A stretch of 32,000 nucleotides of DNA from Gracilimonas sediminicola. GTDB lineage: Bacteria > Bacteroidota > Rhodothermia > Balneolales > Balneolaceae. The DNA is taken from positions 236,617 to 268,616 of the forward strand of contig NZ_JANDBC010000001.1 in NCBI RefSeq assembly GCF_024320785.1, in the 5' to 3' direction. Numbering within the stretch: the first letter of the stretch is position 1; each line of letters starts with the position of its first letter. Shown piece after piece: positions 1 to 9,490 of this stretch. Under the pieces are notes generated by a model. That model was not told the DNA's origin and searched no databases. It worked only from the letters and a program-made list of their open reading frames with translations. Both the position numbers and the translations under genes were made by a program.

Positions 1-3000
1 AATTGTTTTCAATACTGGTTAGGGTTCCACCGATATTCAGCACTAATTCTACAGGCACCCGTTGGGCGTTTTCAGGATCCCTGGAACCGGTGCTGCTCAG
101 GGTGTTGATATCAGGCCGGGCACGATAAATGGCATTCAGGTTCAGGCTTGCATTTGCCGGATCTCCCTCCCATGTAATGGTACCGCCTGATTCCAGCTCA
201 AACCGGCGGGTAAAGATATCGCCACTCACAAACTGGTAGTTCCCGCCTGTGATATCAAAACGGCCAAACATGGATACCTGTTCGTCTTCCAGCAAAATAC
301 GCAGGCGACCGGTACCATCGGCAGTTACGATATCGCCGGTAACCGGATCAAAAATCAGCCGCACCGTCATCGGGTTGGTTGCCACAAACTGCAGATCTAA
401 AGTAAAACGCTCAGCAAAGGTAAGCTCATCCTCCGGTTGGCCCTGTTCGTCATTAATTCGATTTCGGGAATTAGTGGAATTAACCCCTGACCGTAGATCG
501 TCCACATCAAAAGAATTCACGAAACGTATAAACCGGTTGTCTTCATTGAATTCCGTTTCCTCTAATAAAGGGATGGAAATCTGTGAAAAATCCGAAATAA
601 CAATGGGCTGTTCCGTCCGAAGCACCGGATTCATATTGGTACCGGAAATGGTGACCGTGCTGGAGCCATAGGCCTGTCCAAAAAACGCTACGGTTGGGTC
701 GAAGGAGCTGTTCAGGAACTGAAACTCATCCATATCCAGGCTTATCCGAAGGCTGTCGGTTGGGCCAAAATTATTCAAATCATAAAAACCGCTCAGAATG
801 GCACTACCACCCGAAGGATCAATAAAGTAAATATCATTAAAAGTGAAGCCTTCGTACCGGTTAAAGGTTAGGCTGCCCTGTGCATAGTAGTAGGTATCCA
901 GAAATTGGGGGCGGATGTAAGCGGCGTCTTCTGTACCCACAATAAATTCTGATTCAAAATCATAGTTCTCCAGATTTCCCCAGATTTTACCCGTTCCGTT
1001 AGCCAGCCCCGCGGCTTCAGCAAACACCTTCGGACCTATGTACGGTAAAATCCACATGTCAATATTCTCAAACTCTATGTCAAACTGATAAAGCGAATCG
1101 ACTGCCGGAAAATTACCTTCTTTTGGAGCCAGGACGTACCCGTCTATATTAAAGTTCTGCCCTTTACGATCGTTGTTGGCATAGTATTGGGGATACTTGG
1201 CCGAATCCGTACTTACGGAGATATTGGTATCAAAACGGTCTAAGGATTGATTGTATCTACTGGTGAGCAGGATATCACCGAAAAGTGTGTTGTCCAGGTT
1301 AAAGGCTTCAACATCAATTTCACCCTGTATGGTCGGCACGGTAGTCAGCGTTCGGGTGGTGAATTTCCCATTTACAATTCCCCCAAACCTGACTCTTCCT
1401 CCTATCAAATCTGAAAGACGGCCCAGGTTCACTTCTCCAATGTTATAGTTTACCGAATCTTCCGTTGAGCTGCTGAAGGTGCCGTTTACCTGAACAAACT
1501 GGGAGTCACTTTCAAAGACAAAATCTTTCAGCGTTAGTTTTTCATCCGATTGATAGCGAAGCATGGGAGTTCCGTCATTAGCCCATCTAAAGGTGCCGGT
1601 ACCCAGCGTGAAATCATGGATGAATAATGAAATTGCCTCTTCGGAAATATCCCCTCCGGCATGGAACGAGAATGAAGCATCATCGGCTAACTCTCGAATA
1701 TTACTTCTCAGCTCAACGGAATCCTGGTTGAAATTAGCCGCAAAATCAAAATCCCTGCCTACTACTGTGTTATAATCAATCTGAGCTGCATTGGCCTGAA
1801 ACTGAAGACCGGAAAAGTCTTTCAGGTCCGCCTCCCTGCGGAAGCCCCCGGTGGTTTGTATCATTAAAGAGTCGGCTTCGAAGTCCCGGATTCTCGTCTT
1901 ACTATCTACCAGGGTAGCATTAAAAAGCAGCCGCTGAGAATTCACATTCACCGTAGAATTAATGCGGGCAGAAGTTGAAATACGTGGGAAATCCGGGAAG
2001 TATGAGGTAATCAACCCAAGGTTTTTCAATCTCCCGGAGATAGTTAGGTTTTGGTTACGGCTGATTTGGGTGGAATCTTTAATGGTCGTCAAACTATCAA
2101 AAGCGATTTCTTCCCTCACCCGGTTGGTAAAATACCGGCTCCACTGCCCGCTTAGAACCAGCAAATCGGCCGGCACAAAATCCCCTTGCACGGTGGCATC
2201 AAAGGCGGTAGAGGTCAAACGCAGAATTCGCTGTTGGGCATCGGGCTCGTTGAAATCAACATATATTTGGTGGCGACCCAGTGTATCATCCCCGGCCACT
2301 GCACGGGTAATATCAAGGCTCACCTGCCCGTACAAGTCGTTCCACTCTTTGCCCATTAAGCTCAGATCGTATTCCATATCCGCATACACTTCCCGCATGC
2401 GATTGTCTTGCACAATTTCATTTAGAAATATATTACCGGCTTCACCTTTTAAAGAGTAGGACGGAATCGAAGTGGTTAGGTCAATAGTACCATTTGTGGT
2501 TAAAAGCGCCCCATTTACTTCCGCTCTGATATCCGGTTCAATCAAACCATCGTTCCAGTTTGCCAATATCACAACCTGGTTAAACCGGCGGTTGTCAAAT
2601 GCCCCCTGTTGTGATCTGATTACCAGTCCGCCTTCGCTTTCTCTCAGGTTGAAAGAGGTGCTTTTAATCTCCCCATTCAGGGTTAAATCGGTAGATTGTA
2701 TTCGGGGGTCAATCAAATTTCCTAAATCAAGGGAGTCGGAATTGAAGCTGAGATCAAAACCAATGCGGTTACCCCAGTTCCAAACCCCGTCAACCTGAAA
2801 CTGCCCACGCTCCATATTCTGAGCCATGATATTCGTTGAGGTGGTGTCTGTAGTACCCGAAATTTCCCCTTCAAACCGGGTGGAGGTTAAGGCGTCGATC
2901 TGCGCAGTGGTGAGTGCCGAGCTTACAAGCTCAAGCTCTTTTTGTGCCAAAACAACTGCTTCCAGGCTTACGTTGTAAGACAGCTTATCAACACTTCTAA

Positions 3001-4027
3001 GATTTTTTACGGTACCATTTAAATCTGCAAAACTTTCTCCGATACTCAGTTCAACAGTGCTGAAATACAGGGAGTCGAGCGTACCTTCACCGGTCAGTTT
3101 ACCTTTAATATCACTTTGAAGCTCAGGGACATCAGGGAAAAAACGGGTGATATAGGATGTTTCCAGCGCCAATCGATCCACAGTTAAACTAAGGGTAGCC
3201 TCTTTAAGCTGTTGTTGAACTCCTCCATCCAGCATATTCACCCCTTCAGCCTCACCGCTGAACCGACCGCTTGAATTACCGGACTTAATATTGAGAGCAT
3301 TCAGTTCCAGGAACCGGGAGTCGTTATAAATTTGACCAAATAACTCAACGGTTGGGATATCAAATTCAGGCACATCAAACTGTATCCGGTTGATATCTAC
3401 AAATCGCTGATCGTTGGTAAATTCAAAAAACATATCCATCTGAACATTCCGGATGTTCAGGCTATCGGAAGAGGTTACCCGGTTTGGATTTTCAAAGGCA
3501 TTCCGCACCACAAAGTTACCATCCCGAACAATTACAGAAGGAATGATAATCTGAAAACCCGAGCCCGACTCATTTTCTGAACTTACCGATCCTGCTGTAA
3601 GGTTTGATTTCAGTTTAAAAGCCTCATCCAAAGAAAATTCAGATTCCGGATCCACAACTCCTTTCGGCGATTCTACCTGAAGTGCATTAATTACCACCCT
3701 GTTCCTGAGCAGAGACCAAACATCCAAACTGGCATTGATGGAGCTCGTCTCAAATACCGGCCGGAATTCCGAGGAATCCGGGTAAATTTTAACGTTATTC
3801 ATTTGCATACGGAGCGGCAAGAGGCCTTCAAGCTGACCAATGCTCAGCACACCCTCAAAATTCTGACTGAACCGGTCCTGAAGTTCCACAGCCACCTGAT
3901 CTTTTACCGGCTGAAGCTGCATCAACCCAAAAGCTGCCCCAAAAACGAGGGCAATTGTCAACACCAGCACCCCGATAAAGGTCCAGAAAATATTCCAGGA
4001 TTTATGTAACCAGCGTATGTATGCCAC
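1..4027 (-). CDS. TamB/AsmA-like translocation-and-assembly-module protein, N-terminal ~1342 codons (3' end runs off the window)
   Basis: Absent from the ORF track, apparently because it is open to the window edge. The minus strand from GTG 4027-4025 reads MAYIRWLHKSWNIFWTFIGVLVLTIALVFGAAFGLMQLQPVKDQVAVELQDRF..., an N-terminal membrane anchor followed by a long soluble region. In-frame spot checks at 2038-1991 (SGRLKNLGLITSYFPD) and 58-2 (VPVELVLNIGGTLTSIENN) show no stops. Only short plus-strand shadow ORFs are listed over 249-4009. Size and anchor architecture fit the TamB/AsmA family. The full frame was not scanned codon by codon. Confidence 0.6.
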   Translation of the reverse strand, partial: MAYIRWLHKSWNIFWTFIGVLVLTIALVFGAAFGLMQLQPVKDQVAVELQDRFSQNFEGVLSIGQLEGLLPLRMQMNNVKIYPDSSEFRPVFETSSINASLDVWSLLRNRVVINALQVESPKGVVDPESEFSLDEAFKLKSNLTAGSVSSENESGSGFQIIIPSVIVRDGNFVVRNAFENPNRVTSSDSLNIRNVQMDMFFEFTNDQRFVDINRIQFDVPEFDIPTVELFGQIYNDSRFLELNALNIKSGNSSGRFSGEAEGVNMLDGGVQQQLKEATLSLTVDRLALETSYITRFFPDVPELQSDIKGKLTGEGTLDSLYFSTVELSIGESFADLNGTVKNLRSVDKLSYNVSLEAVVLAQKELELVSSALTTAQIDALTSTRFEGEISGTTDTTSTNIMAQNMERGQFQVDGVWNWGNRIGFDLSFNSDSLDLGNLIDPRIQSTDLTLNGEIKSTSFNLRESEGGLVIRSQQGAFDNRRFNQVVILANWNDGLIEPDIRAEVNGALLTTNGTIDLTTSIPSYSLKGEAGNIFLNEIVQDNRMREVYADMEYDLSLMGKEWNDLYGQVSLDITRAVAGDDTLGRHQIYVDFNEPDAQQRILRLTSTAFDATVQGDFVPADLLVLSGQWSRYFTNRVREEIAFDSLTTIKDSTQISRNQNLTISGRLKNLGLITSYFPDFPRISTSARINSTVNVNSQRLLFNATLVDSKTRIRDFEADSLMIQTTGGFRREADLKDFSGLQFQANAAQIDYNTVVGRDFDFAANFNQDSVELRSNIRELADDASFSFHAGGDISEEAISLFIHDFTLGTGTFRWANDGTPMLRYQSDEKLTLKDFVFESDSQFVQVNGTFSSSTEDSVNYNIGEVNLGRLSDLIGGRVRFGGIVNGKFTTRTLTTVPTIQGEIDVEAFNLDNTLFGDILLTSRYNQSLDRFDTNISVSTDSAKYPQYYANNDRKGQNFNIDGYVLAPKEGNFPAVDSLYQFDIEFENIDMWILPYIGPKVFAEAAGLANGTGKIWGNLENYDFESEFIVGTEDAAYIRPQFLDTYYYAQGSLTFNRYEGFTFNDIYFIDPSGGSAILSGFYDLNNFGPTDSLRISLDMDEFQFLNSSFDPTVAFFGQAYGSSTVTISGTNMNPVLRTEQPIVISDFSQISIPLLEETEFNEDNRFIRFVNSFDVDDLRSGVNSTNSRNRINDEQGQPEDELTFAERFTLDLQFVATNPMTVRLIFDPVTGDIVTADGTGRLRILLEDEQVSMFGRFDITGGNYQFVSGDIFTRRFELESGGTITWEGDPANASLNLNAIYRARPDINTLSSTGSRDPENAQRVPVELVLNIGGTLTSIENN

Positions 4028-5118
4028 TATGTAAAAATGTTTAGCGTGTGTTCCCAGGCCCGTTGCACAAAGGCAGTGTCGGATACTTTATAAACGTAGG
4101 GAGAACTTAATTCCTTCAGTAAGATGAGTTGTATTTGCTCGTCTTTCACTTTCTTATCGGTTTTCATGAGGTACACCAATTCTTCCGGGGAGGCCTTTAC
4201 TTCATTCAAATTCAGCTTATACAACGGCTTGAACTGCATTAAATTGGATAAATCAATATTAGCACCTAAAGAATTGGAAGCGTGAACGGCGGCAATCATT
4301 CCGGCATAAACGGCCTCACCGTGGGAATACAACTTATAGTCACCTTGCTTTTCAATAACGTGAGCAAAAGTATGGCCGAAATTCAAAAAAGCCCGCTTCC
4401 CGGCTTCAAGTACATCTTCAGCTACAATTTCAACTTTAATCTTTGCACTTTGCTGAATCAAGGGCAACCAGGACTTCCCGTCAACAAAGGTATTCTCCTT
4501 TATCAACGTGTTTACCTGCTCAAGGATTTCAGGGCTGTGAATCATTCCGTATTTAAGCACTTCACTCAGTCCATTTACCCATTCTTTTTCCGGGAGGGTT
4601 TCGAGGTATTTAACATCTGCAAATACCGCCGCAGGCTGATAGAAACTACCAACCAGGTTTTTCCCGGTATGATGATTGATGCCGGTTTTCCCTCCAATCG
4701 AGCTATCCACCATAGCCAGCAAAGTGGTTGGAATGTGGATGAGCGGAAGTCCGCGTAACACCGTAGCTGCCACAAAGCCGGACAGATCACCGGTTACTCC
4801 GCCACCAATCGCGATCAGCGGTGTTCCTCTTTCGGCACCTTCACTTAAAACAAAATCGACGGCCTGCTTATAGATTTCGATGTTCTTCGCCTGCTCTCCC
4901 CGGGGGACTTCAAAAATGTGAAGCTCGTTAAAGTGAGATTTCAGTGCCTTCTCAAAATGAGTGCGGTGATGCTTCAGTACAAAAGCATCCACCATCAAAA
5001 AGGCTTTTGCGGAGCCGTAATGCTGTACAAACTCCTCCAGTTCTGCACTTAAATCGTAGCCAAAGTGCAATTCGTAAATATCTTCCGTGGAAGTTTGGAC
5101 TGAAATAGAATCAGACAT
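4027..5118 (-). CDS. aroB: 3-dehydroquinate synthase
   Basis: 363-aa ORF with GGGVTGDLSGFVAA, GKTGINH, FGHTFAH and HGEAV motifs characteristic of AroB. It overlaps aroK by 8 nt. Confidence 0.9.
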   Translation of the reverse strand: MSDSISVQTSTEDIYELHFGYDLSAELEEFVQHYGSAKAFLMVDAFVLKHHRTHFEKALKSHFNELHIFEVPRGEQAKNIEIYKQAVDFVLSEGAERGTPLIAIGGGVTGDLSGFVAATVLRGLPLIHIPTTLLAMVDSSIGGKTGINHHTGKNLVGSFYQPAAVFADVKYLETLPEKEWVNGLSEVLKYGMIHSPEILEQVNTLIKENTFVDGKSWLPLIQQSAKIKVEIVAEDVLEAGKRAFLNFGHTFAHVIEKQGDYKLYSHGEAVYAGMIAAVHASNSLGANIDLSNLMQFKPLYKLNLNEVKASPEELVYLMKTDKKVKDEQIQLILLKELSSPYVYKVSDTAFVQRAWEHTLNIFT

Positions 5119-5674
5119 GCCGGGTAATTTTTTCGATGGCCGCTTCCGTCATTTCCTCAACAGATGAAAATAACGGTGTTTTAATTGCAACCTGAGCCTG
5201 TTTGTAGAATTTTTCTCGACCTGAATATAAGGCTTTCAGCTCTGTAAAGAGAGTATCCCTGGATTTAATTTTTCCGTCCTTATTAAACAAAATCGGGCGC
5301 TCATCGCTTTGCAGCACTCTGTCGGTTATTTGTTCCAAAGGCGTATCCACAAAAAGCAGCAACCCGTTCACCTTCAGGTGATCAACAATGCGCTGATTTT
5401 GCAGGGCTCCCCCGCCCAGCGACACCACTCCTCTGAAATTACGGGTCAGATCAAGCAGGTATTCCCACTCTTTTTCCCGGAAGTAGTGCTCTCCGTGCTC
5501 ATCGAAGATGGCGCGGATGCTTTTGCCCTCCCTTTCAACAATAACCTCATCCAGGTCGCGGTATTCCCGCTCCAGCTTCCCGGCCAGGGCTTTGCCGAGT
5601 GTGCTTTTCCCGGATGCCATGAAGCCACACAGGTACATACTGTCTTTAAATTTTTGCAGTCGGTAAGAATTCAT
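5111..5674 (-). CDS. aroK: shikimate kinase
   Basis: 187-aa ORF with P-loop GFMASGKSTLGKALA and the size and context (upstream of aroB) typical of AroK. Confidence 0.85.
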   Translation of the reverse strand: MNSYRLQKFKDSMYLCGFMASGKSTLGKALAGKLEREYRDLDEVIVEREGKSIRAIFDEHGEHYFREKEWEYLLDLTRNFRGVVSLGGGALQNQRIVDHLKVNGLLLFVDTPLEQITDRVLQSDERPILFNKDGKIKSRDTLFTELKALYSGREKFYKQAQVAIKTPLFSSVEEMTEAAIEKITRHV

Positions 5675-7254
5675 TTCGCAGGTTTTTTAGGAGTCACCAT
5701 TTCCACCTCTTCCCGATCCACAACTACCGCACCGGGGGGCGAACCTTTGGGTTTGCGCACGTATTTCTTTTTGGTGATGATCACCGGAGCCAGCTTCGAT
5801 CCTTTTGCCTTTGAATTATAGGCAGCGTATGAAGCAGCCTCCAGCAGCACCTTCTTTTCAGGCATGCCTTTGTCATTCCCCATTCTGATGACCAGGTGAG
5901 AGCCGGGAACACCGCGGGCGTGCATCCAAACATCCTCTTTGTGGGCTTTCTGAACCAATGTATCGTTGCTTTTGGCATTCTTCCCGATCCATACCGGATA
6001 GCCCTGCACCTCCAGTGTGTGAAAGGGCAGCTGTTCTTCGTCACCCGAATTATCCTGACTTCTGTACTCCTTCAGCTCTTCCTCGCGCTCTTTCTCCCAA
6101 TCCTTAAACTCCCAGAGGTTGGTGATCTCCTCCGCTTCTTCCAACAAACGCTCTGCCTTTTCTTTTTCGTTTTGCATGATGGGGATGCGCTTCATGGCTT
6201 CCTCATACGATTTCTCCGCACCGGCCGACTTCTTGTAATACCGCTGGGCATTCCCGGCTATATCCAGATCAATTTCAAGTGGGATGGTTACCTTTTCGCC
6301 TTCATTATACAGGTCATCCACTTCGATCTCTTCTTTGTTGACATCCCCGAGATGAGCATTGGCCATCAAAATATGTCCCCATTGCTCGTATTTCTCAGCC
6401 CGTTCCAGCCCTTTATCGGCCTGCTCAAGGTTTTGGAGGCCTGATTTGGTCCGTTTAATTTTTCTTTTCAGGCTTTTAAGGAGGGATGACTTACGTTGAC
6501 GGAGCCGCTGATCCCGGGAGTAATTTTTGTACCGATAGAGAATAAGATCGTTTACACTATCGAACTCTTTTTCCGTCTTAACTGGCAGTGTTTCTTCGGA
6601 AAGCAGGGTGGTATCTCCATTTTCCAGAAGACGCGGGAAGGGGTTGTTTTCCATTTCATCACAAACTTTACGAACGAACTCCTGAAGCTCCTCCTCCCCC
6701 GCTTCATCAAGGTCATAAATATCAGTCAGCTCCTGAATATTTTGCCGTGGGAACATCGCGTTTATAGCCACTATTTTATTCTTGGTGCTTTTTCGGCTGA
6801 TGTCCTCCTCAATCTCATATACATTCAGTTTCTGAGGACTTGGAGGTTCCTCTTCGGTTTCATCGTACTCTTTAAATACCTCGATGATCTCCCCCTCTTT
6901 GGAAAGAAACACATTCGCGCGATTGCTGAACAGCCTGAAATGCAGCTTGTGCCCGTCTTCAAAATGAATAAACAGCCACCGGTCGGTTTCCGGAATGGTT
7001 ACATCGGTGATTTCAACGCCATAAATCTTCTCAAAAAAATCGATGGTGTTGCTCTTTTTTGCTCCCCGAAAACTGTCTAAATAAAGAGCAATATTTCCCG
7101 GGGCTGAACTGAAGCATAATCGGTGTTTAGCGGCCTCTGTGTGTACAAAAAACTCCAAATAGTTTTTATATGGACTGACCGCCTGCTCGATTTTACCGGC
7201 AGTTAACTTGTTTTTAAGCTCTCGCTTTAGATATATTAGCTCGTAATAGTTCAT
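5671..7254 (-). CDS. NFACT-family protein (RqcH/FbpA-like, DUF814 C-terminal domain)
   Basis: 527-aa ORF. The N-terminal region carries a TDRW (D-R) motif as in NFACT-N. The middle is charged and coiled-coil-like. The C-terminal WMHARGVPGSHLVIR is typical of the NFACT-R/DUF814 domain. Confidence 0.65.
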   Translation of the reverse strand: MNYYELIYLKRELKNKLTAGKIEQAVSPYKNYLEFFVHTEAAKHRLCFSSAPGNIALYLDSFRGAKKSNTIDFFEKIYGVEITDVTIPETDRWLFIHFEDGHKLHFRLFSNRANVFLSKEGEIIEVFKEYDETEEEPPSPQKLNVYEIEEDISRKSTKNKIVAINAMFPRQNIQELTDIYDLDEAGEEELQEFVRKVCDEMENNPFPRLLENGDTTLLSEETLPVKTEKEFDSVNDLILYRYKNYSRDQRLRQRKSSLLKSLKRKIKRTKSGLQNLEQADKGLERAEKYEQWGHILMANAHLGDVNKEEIEVDDLYNEGEKVTIPLEIDLDIAGNAQRYYKKSAGAEKSYEEAMKRIPIMQNEKEKAERLLEEAEEITNLWEFKDWEKEREEELKEYRSQDNSGDEEQLPFHTLEVQGYPVWIGKNAKSNDTLVQKAHKEDVWMHARGVPGSHLVIRMGNDKGMPEKKVLLEAASYAAYNSKAKGSKLAPVIITKKKYVRKPKGSPPGAVVVDREEVEMVTPKKPAK

Positions 7255-7281
7255 TTAATTTGAGGGGAAAATACAGGTTTC

Positions 7282-7935
7282 ATGCATTATCCAATATTTA
7301 ATTCTATTGTTAATACCGTAGAAACACAATTGGGGAAAAGAGGGATTAAAGCCGAGAAATTCAGGACCTGGGAAGATAATAAGATTCATGCCACCGGATT
7401 AGAATTAATCATTAGTCTGGACAAAGTTTCAAACTTCATGAATTCGCTTTCCATTAATTTTGACTGGGACAGCTTTAGAGAAACAACTATGGCCAAAGAG
7501 CTGGAAGGTATGAATAGTCATCCGTTTCTCAAGATTGAAACCCTAACTAAATCAACCGTCACTCCTACCATCGATGTTGAAATGAGCTGGCTGTTTGATA
7601 TTGACCGCTGTCAACCCGAAATACCGGGAGAAGCCGGTAATTACCGCATCGAGAAAGCCAGCCGATGGATGGAATCCATCAGTAAAAAAGTAAATGAACT
7701 GCTTGCTAAAGACGACATCATTACCCGCTGGCACATCGAAATTGACGGGGATGAGAACGGCCGCTACCTCTCCGCCATTAACCTTATCTCTTACTTCCAA
7801 TACGAACTGACTTCCCCCAAAAGCCTGGAAGAAGTTCAGCATTTGGTCAGCCGAAAGCTGCAGGATTTACTCCTTAAAGCCAACCGGGTTATTTACCTCG
7901 CCGATGAAATTCTCGATGATTCGGTAGCCGCGTAA
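7282..7935 (+). CDS. hypothetical protein, no recognisable family
   Basis: 217-aa ORF with an ATG start, only 27 bp from the divergent NFACT start. I recognise no signal peptide or motif. Coding status rests on ORF length alone. Confidence 0.5.
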   Translation: MHYPIFNSIVNTVETQLGKRGIKAEKFRTWEDNKIHATGLELIISLDKVSNFMNSLSINFDWDSFRETTMAKELEGMNSHPFLKIETLTKSTVTPTIDVEMSWLFDIDRCQPEIPGEAGNYRIEKASRWMESISKKVNELLAKDDIITRWHIEIDGDENGRYLSAINLISYFQYELTSPKSLEEVQHLVSRKLQDLLLKANRVIYLADEILDDSVAA

Positions 7936-7989
7936 TTGCAGCCCGCTCGAATTGGCATCGATGCAGAGCCTCGGTACCCGTAAAAAAGA

Positions 7990-8017
7990 GTCATCCTGAG
8001 GGTACTCCAGAAGGATC
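7990..8017 (+). repeat. GTCAT...GATC hairpin repeat, copy h1
   Basis: Sequence gtcATCCTgagggtactccagaAGGATc. The 5-bp stem is 7993-7997 with 8012-8016, and the flanks match the other copies. Confidence 0.55.
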
Positions 8018-8116
8018 TTTGCTCTTACTGGTTGGTAAGCATTTCATAACAAAGGTTCATCCTACCTGCGAAAGACAGGCACTGTCGCTCTGAATGACAA
8101 TCATGGTAATCCTGAA

Positions 8117-8181
8117 ATCAAGCCAATCAAGATTCCTAAGTTTTTGAACCTTGATTTATGGGATTGAAAGATTGGCTTGAT
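8117..8181. repeat. 12-bp perfect inverted repeat (ATCAAGCCAATC / GATTGGCTTGAT) with 41-nt spacer
   Basis: Read directly: 8117-8128 is the exact reverse complement of 8170-8181. Confidence 0.7.
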
Positions 8182-8283
8182 CAATCTAAGCGTAACATTT
8201 TGAAAAGAAATCTTTCCTTAAGATGTCCTAAAAAACATTTCACAACAAAGATCTATTACCTAGCCGGAAGTTCTTTTTTTTTT

Positions 8284-8344
8284 GTCATCGCGAGGAGCCT
8301 GGTTTTGCTATAGGATCAAATAGGTATTCGACGCGGCGATCTCC
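8284..8344 (+). repeat. GTCATYGC...CGACGNNGCRATYTCC repeat, copy h3
   Basis: Sequence gtcatcgcgaggagc...ttcgacgcggcgatctcc. Its ends match copy h4 on the opposite strand. Confidence 0.6.
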
Positions 8345-8370
8345 TTGTCGGGACTCTTTGCCGTTACCGG

Positions 8371-8452
8371 GAAATTGCTTCGTCGTTATGCATACGGTTC
8401 CTGCGTTTGGCTAAGCCGGCTCCTCGAATTACCTAACATCTACAGCAATGAC
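8371..8452 (-). repeat. GTCATYGC...CGACGNNGCRATYTCC repeat, copy h4 (inverted relative to h3)
   Basis: The minus strand reads gtcattgctgtag...cgacgaagcaatttcc. Confidence 0.55.
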
Positions 8453-8482
8453 CGACTGGTTTAAGAATCAGGCTTAGCTTAC

Positions 8483-9337
8483 TCAGTCGTAGGTGTAAAA
8501 CCCTTCGCCGGTTTTGTTGCCGAGTTTGCCGGCATCCACCATTTTCACCAGCAGAGGAGCCGGGCGGTATTTCGGATCTTTGAAGCCCTCGTAAAGCACG
8601 TTCAGGATATCGAGGCATACATCCAGACCGATAAAATCTGCCAGTCTTAGCGGACCCATCGGATGCGCCATTCCCAGCTTCATCACTTCGTCTACATGCT
8701 CGGCTGTGGCAACGCCCTCTCCCACACAGAAGATGGCCTCGTTAATCATGGGCATCAGCACGCGGTTGCTCACAAAACCGGGAGCATCATTAACCGGAAC
8801 CGGCACTTTATTCAATTTCTCTGAAGCCTCTTTAACTATCTCATAGGTTTCATCATCGGTTTGGAGTCCGCGTACAATCTCAACCAGCTTCATCACCGGA
8901 ACGGGATTAAAGAAGTGCATCCCGATAAACTTCTCCGGGCGCGATGTTAAAGCCGCCAGCTTGGTGATAGAAATAGAAGACGTATTTGATCCCAGAATAG
9001 CATGATCAGGAGCAGCTTTATCTACTTTTTCCCAAACTGTTTTCTTGATCTCAAAATTTTCGGGAACAGCCTCAACAACCAGGTCAACATCCTTCACTCC
9101 TTCTTCAACATCCAGAAAGATGCTGATTCCATCCATAGTTGCTGATTTCTTAGCCTCATCGATCTTTTCTTTCTTCACCATGCGATCCAGGTTCTTCTCG
9201 ATGGTCGCCACGGCTTTATCCGCAAATTCCTGTTTGGTTTCGATGAGATTTACGGAAATGTCATTCATTGCAAATACATGCGCAATTCCATTTCCCATTG
9301 TTCCGCCGCCTATCACAGCTACTTTCTTTACGTCCAT
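8483..9337 (-). CDS. hbd: 3-hydroxybutyryl-CoA / 3-hydroxyacyl-CoA dehydrogenase (NAD-binding)
   Basis: 284-aa ORF with an N-terminal Rossmann motif VIGGGTMGNGIA. FFNPVPVMKLVE and GFVSNR are typical of the 3-hydroxyacyl-CoA dehydrogenase family. Confidence 0.85.
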   Translation of the reverse strand: MDVKKVAVIGGGTMGNGIAHVFAMNDISVNLIETKQEFADKAVATIEKNLDRMVKKEKIDEAKKSATMDGISIFLDVEEGVKDVDLVVEAVPENFEIKKTVWEKVDKAAPDHAILGSNTSSISITKLAALTSRPEKFIGMHFFNPVPVMKLVEIVRGLQTDDETYEIVKEASEKLNKVPVPVNDAPGFVSNRVLMPMINEAIFCVGEGVATAEHVDEVMKLGMAHPMGPLRLADFIGLDVCLDILNVLYEGFKDPKYRPAPLLVKMVDAGKLGNKTGEGFYTYD

Positions 9338-9490
9338 TTTGTCCGGTTATTTTCAGTTTTAATTTTCATCAGATTAGGGCTTTTGGAAGCGTTTTTCAAG
9401 GAACCAGAGTTCATTTTTTGCAAAAACTTCCCACCCTGAATTAGTTCGTTTAAGGATGTTACTCAATTTAGTAACCAACCGAAGAAAAGC

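Noticed and set aside
249-4009. Eight plus-strand ORFs of 65-165 aa listed in the track
   Set aside because: They lie antisense to one continuous minus-strand reading frame (the TamB-like gene) and have low-complexity Ser/Arg/Pro-rich translations. They are shadow ORFs.
7936-8482. A known structured RNA (tRNA, tmRNA, RNase P, SRP, 6S) in the long intergenic region
   Set aside because: I found none of the conserved signatures that I know: no GGTTCGAATCC-type T-arm, no GAGGAAAGTCC RNase P box and no SRP GGAA/AGCA motif context. An Rfam scan is still needed.
8433-8618. 61-aa ORF, plus the 79-aa ORF at 17195-17434
   Set aside because: Both are built largely from hairpin-repeat sequence or overlap the hbd 3' end. 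They have no start context and an Arg/Ser/Leu-rich composition.
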